From NCBI GenBank assembly GCA_043779265.1, contig JAYWEM010000099.1, forward strand, positions 1 through 21,128: a DNA stretch of 21,128 nucleotides, given 5' to 3'. The notes under the pieces were generated by a model. It did no database searches, was not told where the DNA came from, and saw only the letters and a program-made list of their open reading frames with translations. The position numbers were made by a program, and so were the translations under genes. This document shows positions 1-8,800 of the stretch, one piece after another (the first letter of the stretch is position 1; the number at the start of each line of letters is the position of its first letter). The stretch is from a bacterium. Lineage in GTDB: Bacteria > Eisenbacteria > RBG-16-71-46.

Positions 1-223
1 CGGTCAGCACGAACCCGAGCGTGACCGCCGGATTGAAGTGGGCACCCGAGGTCGACGCGAGCGCTGAGACCATGACGGCGAGCGCGATGCCGTGCGCCAG
101 GGCGATGGTGAGCAGATCGTCGGTGCCGCGGATGTGCTGCAGCACGATCGCGCCCTGACCGATGAAGCAGAGCGTGAACGTGCCGAGGAACTCGGCCCAG
201 TACGACTTGGGTCCCTGGTCCAT
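1..223 (-). CDS. MIP family channel (aquaporin/glycerol facilitator), 5' part; runs off the window edge
   Basis: Not in the ORF track. Hand translation from ATG 223 gives MDQGPKSYWAEFLGTFTLCFIGQGA...IALAHGIALAVMVSALASTSGAHFNPAVTLGFVLT, with the MIP AEFxGT and SGxHxNPAVT signatures. GGAG lies just upstream. Confidence 0.95.
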   Translation of the reverse strand, partial: MDQGPKSYWAEFLGTFTLCFIGQGAIVLQHIRGTDDLLTIALAHGIALAVMVSALASTSGAHFNPAVTLGFVLT

Positions 224-280
224 GCGGTCTCCGGAGGAAGTCGGGGTCGATCGCGCGTGCGCGCATCGAGGCGGCAGGCC

Positions 281-310
281 ACGCTAGCCGCGCAAGCGCG
301 CAGCCGTCAA
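281..310 (-). promoter_or_regulatory. Putative sigma70 promoter for the MIP gene
   Basis: Minus strand TTGACG (310-305), 18-nt spacer, TAGCGT (286-281), in the 97-bp gap upstream of the MIP ATG. Confidence 0.5.
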
Positions 311-320
311 TCGCGGCGCG

Positions 321-1121
321 TCAGACCAGAAGTTTCTCGCGCCTCAGCAATTCCTCCATCAGCTTGGCACTGCGTGCCGCTTGCCCCGCGTGGCAGTTGT
401 TGAAGAACAGGTAGGTCTGCTTCGCCTGTTGAGCCAACGTGCGGAGGCGCTCGAGCCACTCGGTCAGCTCCGCCTCGGAGTACTCGTGATCGTAGCGATC
501 GCCCTGGGCACTTCCCCACCAGGTCCGCTCGTTCCGCCCGTGGAACCGCACGTAGCCGATGTCGGTCGTCAGATGGGTGACCGGTGGCACGAGCCCACGG
601 AGCGCCGGTTCATCGACCGCGCAGTAGCCGAGGCGACGTTCGCGGAGCCAGCCGGGAAGTTTGGGATGCATCCACGAGTCGTGACGGAACTCCACCCAGA
701 GCGGCTCTTCCCCCAGCCGCTCGCGCAACCGCTCGAGATGGGCCTTGGCCGAGTCGTCTCGCTTGAAGCCATACGGGAACTGCGCCAGGAGCCCGCGGTA
801 CTTGCCGGCGTCCTTCAAGGGTTGCAGGCAGGCGCGGAACTCGCGGTCGATCGCCGCGTCGTCGGTGCGTGCATGCGTCATCGACTGATGGAGCTTGACC
901 AGGAACACGAATCCAGCCGGCGTCTTGGCCCCCATCGCCGCCAGCGTCGCCGGTGGCGGGATGCGATAGTAGGTCGCGTTCACCTCGACGCAATCGAAGT
1001 GCTGCGCGTAGTGCGCCAGGAGCGCGCCGCGTTTCATTCCCGCGGGGTAGAACGGCCCCACCCAGTCGGCGAACGAGTAGCCCGACGTCCCGATCCGGAT
1101 CGAGGGCGCCGCGGAGATCAT
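321..1121 (-). CDS. DUF72 (YecE-like) TIM-barrel protein, putative nuclease/DNA-repair associated
   Basis: IRIGTSGYS..W.G.FYP, VEVNATYY, QFP, VEFRH.SW, YVRFHGRN, Y.Y.YS..EL..W and FFNN motifs. ATGA overlap with the polymerase stop. Confidence 0.92.
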   Translation of the reverse strand: MISAAPSIRIGTSGYSFADWVGPFYPAGMKRGALLAHYAQHFDCVEVNATYYRIPPPATLAAMGAKTPAGFVFLVKLHQSMTHARTDDAAIDREFRACLQPLKDAGKYRGLLAQFPYGFKRDDSAKAHLERLRERLGEEPLWVEFRHDSWMHPKLPGWLRERRLGYCAVDEPALRGLVPPVTHLTTDIGYVRFHGRNERTWWGSAQGDRYDHEYSEAELTEWLERLRTLAQQAKQTYLFFNNCHAGQAARSAKLMEELLRREKLLV

Positions 1122-2485
1122 CGGCTCCGAGGCTTGCGGTCGAGTCGGGGCTTGAGCTGCGTCGGGTCGGGCGCCGAGAGATCGGCACCCTGATCGTAAC
1201 CTCCTCGCCCCTTCAGCCGTTCCTGGATCGCGCGCCGCTGCACCCGGGGGTCGCCCTTGCCCATCGCATCAGCGTCCTTGCGATGGATGGCGCCGAACGG
1301 GACGTGACCAGTCGCACGTCGATAGGCGAGTGAACCGGCGGGAACGACCGAGGCTTCCCCGAGCTTGTCGCGCACCTGGTCGAGCGCCTCCTGCAGCGCC
1401 AGCTTGCGCTCATCTCGGGTGAACAGCTCGATCTGCTCGCCCTCACCCGGCTTCTCGAGCGCCGAGGCGCTGACACCGATCAATCTCACCGGCTCGCCCT
1501 TCCAGTTCTCGCGCCACAGCGAGCGCACCACCTCGAAGATGGAGAGGTGGTCATCGACTGCGACGGGCAGAGCGCGTTGCCGCGTGATGGTCCGGAATCG
1601 GAAATCGCGCAGCTTGAGCACCAGCGTCCGGGATGTGAAGCCATCGCCTCGCAACCGCCTCGCCACCTGATCCGAAAGCCGGAGCAGCGTGCCCTCGAGG
1701 AAGGAGGCGTCGCGGGAATCCTCGGGCAGCGTCACCTCGTGCCCCATCGTTTTGGGATCGACGCCCACGTGATAGGGCGTGACAGGCGTGCGGTCGCGAC
1801 CCCAGGCCGCCTGCTTCAGATGAGGTCCCACCACGCCGAAGTGCTGCTCGAGGACCGGGTCCGGGGCCCTCGCCAGATCGCCGACGGTCAGGATGCCGAT
1901 ACGTCCGAACGCCGCCGCCGTCTTCTCGCCTACGCCCCACAGGGCCTGCACCTTCTGCGGCCAGAACACGCCCTGGAAGCGCTCCTCGTCCATCACCGTC
2001 AGGCCACGCGGCTTCTCGACGCCCGAGGCCATCTTGGCGATCAGCTTGTTGGGGCCGATGCCGATCGAGGCGCCGAGCCCGTGCTCATCGGCGATCCGTT
2101 GCTGGATGCCACGGGCGATCCGCGTCGCCGCCTCGTAGCCGTTGCCACGATCCCCCAACTTGGACAGATCGAGGAAGGCCTCATCGACACTGAAGGGCTC
2201 GACGTCCGGGGTGACGGTGAGGAAGAGCTCGAGCAGTTCGAGCGACTTCTCGACGTACTTGCGCGGATTGCCCTCGACGAACTCGGCGTGCGGACAGAGC
2301 CTCTGTGCCTCGCGCATCGGCATGCCCGCCCGCACGCCGAACGGTCGCGCCTCGTAGGAGGCGGCCGTCACCACGCCGCGCCGGTCCTTGTCGCCGCAGA
2401 CGATGATCGCCTTTCCGCGCAGGTGCGGGTGCAATTGCTGCTCGACCGAGGCGAAGAACGCATCCATGTCGACCAACAGGATCAC
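1118..2485 (-). CDS. dinB: Y-family DNA polymerase (Pol IV/DinB-like) with C-terminal clamp motif and RecA-NT-like segment
   Basis: VDMDAFFASVE, ASYEARPFGV, SVDEAFLD catalytic motifs, NKLIAKMAS..KP.G, HhH (LWGVGEKT), little finger, and QIELF clamp motif. GTG start preceded by AGGAGGT. Confidence 0.93.
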   Translation of the reverse strand: MILLVDMDAFFASVEQQLHPHLRGKAIIVCGDKDRRGVVTAASYEARPFGVRAGMPMREAQRLCPHAEFVEGNPRKYVEKSLELLELFLTVTPDVEPFSVDEAFLDLSKLGDRGNGYEAATRIARGIQQRIADEHGLGASIGIGPNKLIAKMASGVEKPRGLTVMDEERFQGVFWPQKVQALWGVGEKTAAAFGRIGILTVGDLARAPDPVLEQHFGVVGPHLKQAAWGRDRTPVTPYHVGVDPKTMGHEVTLPEDSRDASFLEGTLLRLSDQVARRLRGDGFTSRTLVLKLRDFRFRTITRQRALPVAVDDHLSIFEVVRSLWRENWKGEPVRLIGVSASALEKPGEGEQIELFTRDERKLALQEALDQVRDKLGEASVVPAGSLAYRRATGHVPFGAIHRKDADAMGKGDPRVQRRAIQERLKGRGGYDQGADLSAPDPTQLKPRLDRKPRSR

Positions 2486-2510
2486 TCGTCCACCTCCTGG
2501 TGCATGCGAC

Positions 2511-2765
2511 TCACCCGGGCCCCGACCACGCTCGGTTCAGCCGCCACCGGGCACTGCGGGTGTCGTAACAGAGTTCGTAGCTGTCGTCGCGCGATCCCTG
2601 CACGGCGAAGTGACGGTACACGGCCTGGCCGTCGCGGCGGTTCCACTGTCCCGTCACCTGACTCACGCGGACGACACGCCCCTGCCAGCGGAAACGGATG
2701 GGTCGCATCGCGCCGTCGACGAATGCGGTGAGGACATCGATCGGGTCATCAAGGGATTCGAACAT
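2511..2765 (-). CDS. Small beta-rich protein, DUF6504-like, first gene of the polymerase operon
   Basis: 84 aa with P.RFRWQGR...V..V...W and YEL.YD....RW.L, resembling DUF6504-type proteins found in mutagenesis cassettes. AGGA RBS 5 nt before the ATG; 25 bp from the polymerase start. Confidence 0.7.
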   Translation of the reverse strand: MFESLDDPIDVLTAFVDGAMRPIRFRWQGRVVRVSQVTGQWNRRDGQAVYRHFAVQGSRDDSYELCYDTRSARWRLNRAWSGPG

Positions 2766-2792
2766 GGGTTTCCTGGCACCGGGGCGGAGATT

Positions 2793-2810
2793 ACTGCACG
2801 GACGTGCAGT
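2793..2810. promoter_or_regulatory. Palindromic operator, probable LexA (SOS) box of the Fibrobacter type
   Basis: Perfect inverted repeat ACTGCACG-GA-CGTGCAGT. The core TGCAC-N4-GTGCA (2795-2808) fits TGCNC-N4-GTGCA. It abuts a minus-strand -10-like TAATCT (2793-2788) upstream of the DUF6504-dinB-DUF72 operon. Confidence 0.7.
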
Positions 2811-2855
2811 CGGCCAGGAATTTCCCGAGCTCTCACCCGGATTCTGGCCTCCGGT

Positions 2856-2909
2856 TGGTATGATTCACTTGCCAAGCAACCCTGCCCTACATCTCGATCC
2901 CGAAGGAGG
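2856..2909 (+). promoter_or_regulatory. Putative extended -10 promoter and RBS for the 2919 gene
   Basis: TG-g-TATGAT at 2856-2864; AAGGAGG at 2903-2909, 9 nt before ATG 2919. Confidence 0.55.
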
Positions 2910-2918
2910 CCCACCCCG

Positions 2919-5168
2919 ATGGGTCAGTTCCCGCGTACCCGTCTCACCCTCGGTCTCCTCGCGTTGGCACTCGCAACCAGCGCCTCGTTCGCCTCGGCGC
3001 AGGTCTTCGTCAACGAGATCCTGCCGAATCCCGTCGGCACCGACACCGGCACCGAGCGCGTCGAGATCTACAACGCCGGACCCGGCTCGGTGAACATGAC
3101 CGGGTGGGCGATCGACGACGCCGTCACCATCGGACAGGTGGCGGTGCGCGCGCGAATCCCCGAGGACCTGGATCCCACCTGCTCGACCAACCCGATCATC
3201 GGTCCGGGCGAATACCGTTCGGTGATGATGCAGGGAGGCGCCGCCGTGCTGAACAACACGGGCGATGATGTCTATCTCGTCTCCAATCGACTCCTGAGCG
3301 CGACCGTTGTGCACGCCGTCACCTATCCCGCCACCGTCGGCGAGGGACAGTCGTGGGCCTCGATCCCCAACGGCACTGCCAACTTCGCGTGGCGCGTGTC
3401 GACGCTGTGCGCGAGCAACGGCGGCGTGGGGGATGTCGTGGCTCCCGCGGCGATCGCCGACCTGCTGGCCTCCCCGGGCGCGTTCCCGGGCGAGATCCGC
3501 CTGACGTGGACGGCTCCCGGCGATGACGGCAACACGGGCACTGCCAGTGGCTACATCATGCGCGTGTCGCACGACCCGATCACCGTGGGCACGTTCGATG
3601 CCTCCGCCGACATCGACCGCTGGATCCTCGAGCGCGTGCCGCTCATCGCCGGAACGCCCGAGACGCTCACCGTGTTCGGACTCGACCCCGACTCGACCTG
3701 GCACTTCGCGATCAAGACGCAGGATGAGGTGCCCAACACCAGCGCCATCTCGAACAGCAGCGGCACCTCCTCATCGGCCGGAGCACTGCTCGATCCCAAT
3801 CTCGGCTTCACGCCCTACTTCGGCAATCTGCACTCGCACACCAGTTACTCCGACGGTGTCCAGACACCGACGCAGGCCTACAGCTACGCCCGCACCGGCG
3901 CGCCCACGGCGCTCGACTTCCTCGCCATCACCGAGCACAACCACACCGGCGCCGGCATGCAGTACGCCAACTACGCGCTCGGGATGGCCGAGGCCGCATC
4001 GGCCAACGCCGACGGCGACTTCGTCGCCATCTGGGGCCAGGAGTGGGGCATCATCGCCACCGGCGGCCATGCGAATGTCTTCGAGTCCCCGGCGCTGTTC
4101 GGTTGGGAACCGGGCCAGTACGACGTGTTCGTGGCGCAGGGCGACTACACCGGGCTCTACACGGCCGTCCTCGCGAGTCCTCCGGCCAACGGTTATCCGC
4201 CGTTGGTGGAGTGGTGCCATCCGTCGTCCGGCGACTTCAACGGCTACTCCGCCACCGCCGATGCGAAGGAAGTCGTCAGCCTGATGGCGCTGATCACCGG
4301 CCCCGCGTTCTCGACGTCGACCACCGAGTCCGATGTCGGCAGCACGACCGGCAACGAGGCGCTGTTCCAGGACGCGCTGCGCAAGGGTTTCCGCATCTCG
4401 CCCGCCGGTGACCAGGACAACCACAACGCCACGTGGGGCGCCTCGACCGAGACGCGCACCGTCGCTCTCGCCTCGGGCAAGACGAAGTCGCAGATCCTCG
4501 GCGCACTCGCGTTGGGCCGCAACTACGCGTCGCAGGACCACAACGCCATCGTGCAGTTCTCCGCCGAGGGACGCCCGATGGGTGCCGCGTGGACGGCGGC
4601 ACAGGGGATCCGGTTCGCCGCCCGCATCACCGACCCCGATCTGGCGGACGGCGTCGCGCAGATCGACCTGCTGCGCGGCATCACCGGCACCTCGAATGCG
4701 CAAGTCGTCGCAACCAGCATCGGCAGCTCGAGCTTCGCATGGCGCGAGCAACAGTCGTTCACGCCCGGAACCGAGGCGCACTACTACCTGCGTATCCGCA
4801 TGAACGACAACGCCAACATCTGGACCGGCCCCGTCTACGTGACCTACGACCCGGCTTCGGTCGTCGCCGTCGGTGACGGTGCCCCGGGCCCGGTGCTTCG
4901 GATGGCGGCCAGCCCGAACCCCGCCTACCACCAGGTCACGGCGTCCTTCGCCCTGCCACGTGACGCGCGGCAGGTGAATCTGGCGGTGTATGACGCGAAC
5001 GGCCGCCATGTGAAGACGTTGCTCGATGGCCCGCTCGTCGCCGGCACACACCAGATCTCTTGGACCGGCACCGACGATCACGGCCGCCCCTCACCGGCCG
5101 GCATCTTCTTCATGCGACTGCAGACGGAGGACCAGAGCGCGGTCAAGAAGGTCATTCTGATGCGGTAG
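2919..5168 (+). CDS. Secreted lamin-tail domain + FN3-like + PHP (CehA/McbA-like) metallohydrolase with FlgD/T9SS-like C-terminal domain (749 aa)
   Basis: Start moved from 2388 to ATG 2919 (strong RBS, then signal peptide ...ASFASA/Q). LTD: VFVNEILPNP..D..E.VEIYN...LNNTGD. FN3-like WTAPGDDG. PHP metal ligands GNLHSHTSYSDG, ITEHNH, GQEW, GHAN, CHP, DQDNH. CTD: PNP..YDANGR.V.TL..G.H...W.G. Confidence 0.88.
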   Translation: MGQFPRTRLTLGLLALALATSASFASAQVFVNEILPNPVGTDTGTERVEIYNAGPGSVNMTGWAIDDAVTIGQVAVRARIPEDLDPTCSTNPIIGPGEYRSVMMQGGAAVLNNTGDDVYLVSNRLLSATVVHAVTYPATVGEGQSWASIPNGTANFAWRVSTLCASNGGVGDVVAPAAIADLLASPGAFPGEIRLTWTAPGDDGNTGTASGYIMRVSHDPITVGTFDASADIDRWILERVPLIAGTPETLTVFGLDPDSTWHFAIKTQDEVPNTSAISNSSGTSSSAGALLDPNLGFTPYFGNLHSHTSYSDGVQTPTQAYSYARTGAPTALDFLAITEHNHTGAGMQYANYALGMAEAASANADGDFVAIWGQEWGIIATGGHANVFESPALFGWEPGQYDVFVAQGDYTGLYTAVLASPPANGYPPLVEWCHPSSGDFNGYSATADAKEVVSLMALITGPAFSTSTTESDVGSTTGNEALFQDALRKGFRISPAGDQDNHNATWGASTETRTVALASGKTKSQILGALALGRNYASQDHNAIVQFSAEGRPMGAAWTAAQGIRFAARITDPDLADGVAQIDLLRGITGTSNAQVVATSIGSSSFAWREQQSFTPGTEAHYYLRIRMNDNANIWTGPVYVTYDPASVVAVGDGAPGPVLRMAASPNPAYHQVTASFALPRDARQVNLAVYDANGRHVKTLLDGPLVAGTHQISWTGTDDHGRPSPAGIFFMRLQTEDQSAVKKVILMR

Positions 5169-5192
5169 TCGGTCGTCTCCCGCCACAACCAC

Positions 5193-5227
5193 GAAGCGCC
5201 CGGTCTCCCGCGGAGTCCGGGCGCTTC
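5193..5227 (+). terminator. GC-rich hairpin, probable terminator
   Basis: GAAGCGCCCGG-tctcccgcggagt-CCGGGCGCTTC, 24 nt after the stop; no strong U tract. Confidence 0.6.
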
Positions 5228-5344
5228 ATCTGTTCGGTCCGCCCGGCTCGGGCGTAGTGAGAGTAGGACAGTACGAATCGTCTGACTCGTCGCATCCTCC
5301 TGCTGGCACCTGGCCCGTTCCTCTCCAATGATGGGAGCCTTCTC

Positions 5345-5800
5345 ATGGTCCGCTCCACTCTCGCCCTTCGCCTGAGCCTCTCAGTCGTCCTGCTCGCGGC
5401 CGGGGCCCACCTCGCCACCGCCCAGGAGCCCGCTTCACCCGAGCGCACCGAGGCCGTCGAGGCGCCCGCTCCCGGCGCGACAGCGCCCGCTCCGCGCGTC
5501 CAGCCGACGCCTCTGGTCGCCGAGATGCTGCAGTTGGTGGCCGCCGAACGTGAGGAGGTCGCGGCCCTTCGCGGCGCTCTGACCGGTCTGCGGGACCATC
5601 GACAGGCCCTCGCGATCCTCCGGCGCATCGAGCAGATCAAGCTCGGAACCGAGATCGCGTTGCTTCAGGTGCAGATCACCCACGCGAAGCGAGAGGGCCG
5701 GCATGAAGTGGCCGCCGAACTCGAGCGCGCGCTGTCCGTGATCCAGTCCCCTCCGGGGGGCGGTGTCTCGGTCGCTCGTCCCGCGACTTCGGCTCGATAG
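5345..5800 (+). CDS. Secreted helical/coiled-coil hypothetical protein
   Basis: Signal peptide (...HLATA/Q), Pro/Ala linker, amphipathic helices. GGGAG RBS; 15 bp from the next gene. Confidence 0.75.
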   Translation: MVRSTLALRLSLSVVLLAAGAHLATAQEPASPERTEAVEAPAPGATAPAPRVQPTPLVAEMLQLVAAEREEVAALRGALTGLRDHRQALAILRRIEQIKLGTEIALLQVQITHAKREGRHEVAAELERALSVIQSPPGGGVSVARPATSAR

Positions 5801-5815
5801 GGAGAGGGACTCGCC

Positions 5816-8800
5816 ATGCGCAGACTGCTGCTGCTCGCCCCCGCCCTGTTGGCCTGTACGCTGGTTCACTCCTCTGCTCATGCGACCCTTCGCGAGGAGC
5901 CGGTCAAGCTCCGCCGCGTCGGTGTTGCGCCCATCCTGCGGCCGGGCGAAACCGCCCGGCTGTCATTCGAGTTGGTCGCAGCTCGCCCCGCGACCATTGC
6001 GGGGCTCGAGGCGCGATCGACCTCGCTCGCCACACCCTTCCTTCGCCGAGTGGCGCCCGCGCGAGTCGCCCCCAGCCAGCCAATGCGGCTCGACCTCGAC
6101 CTGCTGCCGAGCGAGCAGCCCGACCCACTGGTCATCCGCTACGAGGTCGATGGCGTTCTCGTCGAGCGTCGCATCGACCTGAGGCCGCTGCTCGAATCCG
6201 AGCGGGAGCGCTCGAGCGCGATGGTCCAGATCTCCACGACCATCGATCCACGACGCCCTGAGGCGGAGCTCCGGCCGCGACCCGAGCGGCCGCTTCCGGC
6301 AGGGGACGACGACCCGGGGATCCTGCCGCTGCAACCCGAATCGAAGTCCCCGGCCTGGACCTATCCGGTCCAGGTCACCGGGCAGCTCAAGTACGTGCGA
6401 GAGGATGGGGTGGCGATCGGCGTGGACCGGATCTGGGTGCGCGTCATGCAGCGCAAGTCCTTCCCCTACTCGGATGTGACGCTCACCTCCGGGTTCAGCG
6501 ACAACCAGGGGCGCTTCATCCAGAGCTACCAATGGGACGACGCCGGCGGCAATTACCCGGACGTCTACATCAAGTTCGAGACGGAGTCCCCCGAGGTGAC
6601 CGTGCAATCCTCCGGACTCGAGATCGACTACTCGTGGAAGACGCCCATCCAGACGGACTTCCAGGGGCAGTACCTCCACCTCGGCACTTGGATGCCGGCG
6701 GATCAGAGCACGCATGGGGCACTGCACCTCCACACGAACATCCAGCACAACTGGGACTGGTACTGGTACCAGCAGTCCTACGCTCTGGAGTCGGTGGATG
6801 TGCAGTGGCCCGAGGACGACGACGGCGCTTACTACACCAACTTCTGGGAGGAGATCCACATCGGCCCGGACCGCACGTGGCGGGACGACACGCATGCGCA
6901 CGAGTTCGGCCACCACTGGATGAACAACTACACGAGCATGCCGTCTCCCTCGTACTGCAATGGCTTCTGTGACGTCCCCGGTGGCGCCTGTGGCCATTGC
7001 ATCTGGTGCCCGGAGACCGACCACGACGCCCTCAGTGAAGGCTGGCCGAACTGGATCGCACACGTCCAGACGAGTTCCTACCTCGGCACCTACGGCGTCG
7101 CGGCCTACTACACGCGCAATCAGGAGAGCGTGGCGATCTGTGACGTGACCGGCACCTACCAGGATCCCTTGCTTACCGAGGGATTCATCGGCGCCATCCT
7201 CCAGGACATCTGGGACTCGAACAACGAGACCGACCCCAATGGGCTCGGACAACCGGATGTGCTGACGCTCGGCACCGAGGAGATCTTCGAAGTGATGGAC
7301 TTGGACCAATCGCAGACACCGGTCGAGTTCATGTTCGACTTCCGAGCGCGCTTTCCGCAGCACACCGTCCAGTTGTGGCAGGCGGGCCACAACAACCGGC
7401 TCCAGATGGACGTGCAGCCGCCCACCGCGCCCACCAACCTGGTCTCCACCAGCCATACCCCGGGAATCGCCTCGCTCATCGCCCAGGTCATTCTGCAGTG
7501 GTCCCCCTCGACGGACGACTGGTCCGGGATCGCGGGCTACGATCTGCTCATCGACCACCCCACGCTCCCCGACGTGGTCTACCCGCTGACGGCGAGCACG
7601 CTCGCGGGCACCGGATACCTGACGCCGGCCACCTACATGCTCGGGATCCGTTCGAGGGATCGGGCCGGTCGAGTCTCCGCCTACGTGATGTCCGGGCCGT
7701 ACGTGATCCAGGCGCCCATCCTCCAGAACATGGCATTCGCCCACCCGATCGGCTGGGCGCGTCCGGTCGTCCCGCGGCAGGACAACGCGGCCACCACGAC
7801 CCAGGTGCTGAAGGCCACATCGCTCATCGGCGACAGCCCGACCACCTATCTCAACGCCGCTTTCACCAACAACGGTCAGACCGAGCCCGTGATCATCCCG
7901 TCGTACAACGTCTTCTGCGTCGACAACAGCTGCACCTACGCCGGGCTGAACGGCTCTCCCTCTCCTGGCGTGGAGATCCGCCGGATCAATCAGGGACCCA
8001 TCACCGTTCGCGGTGGTCGTCACATCGTCGGCATGTATCTGGACCGCTTCGCTGGGTGGCCCGAGTCCAACGAGTACGACAACACGTGGGCCCAGCCCTG
8101 GATCTTCCGCCCGGCGACGCTCGTCGCGAACACGTCGACGCGGCGCGCATCGCCTCCGGGCACCACCGACGGCTGGCAGATGGTGACCAACGGCACGCCC
8201 TTCATGGCCAACTGCGATGGCATGCGCATGAACACGCCATCCGGGTGGAACGCGGCTTCGCTCGCCGCCGACACCGACACCAGCGACTTCGACCTCCGGC
8301 TCCACTTCAGCACATCGAGTGTGGACACCGGGTTCGCCAGCAGTCGCGGACATTCGCTGCGCGGACCGGGCGAGCTCGACCTGGTGCTGGTGAATCGCAA
8401 TGTCCTCTCGAACGCCACGTGGGATCTGGGGATCACCAACTCCTACGGCGATCGGGACTCCAGCGTCCTCCGCCACACCACCAGCACGCCGATGAACTAC
8501 AACGACTCGCTCGTGGTGAGCTGGCCGGCGAACGAGTTCCTGATCCTGCGGGATGTCTCACTCGCCGGCGCGGGCCTCGGCACTGCCGTGGCGACGGGGA
8601 ACCCCGCGGATGGCCCCTTCTGGCTCGCCTTCCTCGACCGCACGTTCTCGAGCGGCGGGCTCTCCGATGGCGCGATCACGCTGCAGCCCTCCGACTCGAC
8701 CGGGCGCGCCCGCATCCTGTTCAACGCCACCGGCGCAGGGTCCCACGCGGTGATGGTGCTGCGGGATCCGCGTTGGGGCCGGGGCTCGAGGAACGTCGTG

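Noticed and set aside
1..320. Aquaporin as a fourth member of the SOS operon
   Set aside because: It is separated by 97 bp containing its own -35/-10-like promoter, and there is no functional link.
2482..2505. 7-codon mini-ORF (MHQEVDE*) overlapping the dinB start
   Set aside because: No RBS of its own; it simply spans the dinB Shine-Dalgarno and is likely chance.
2388..2918. 177-aa N-terminal extension of the 926-aa ORF
   Set aside because: It overlaps dinB and the DUF6504-like gene on the other strand; the RBS, extended -10 and signal peptide all point to ATG 2919.
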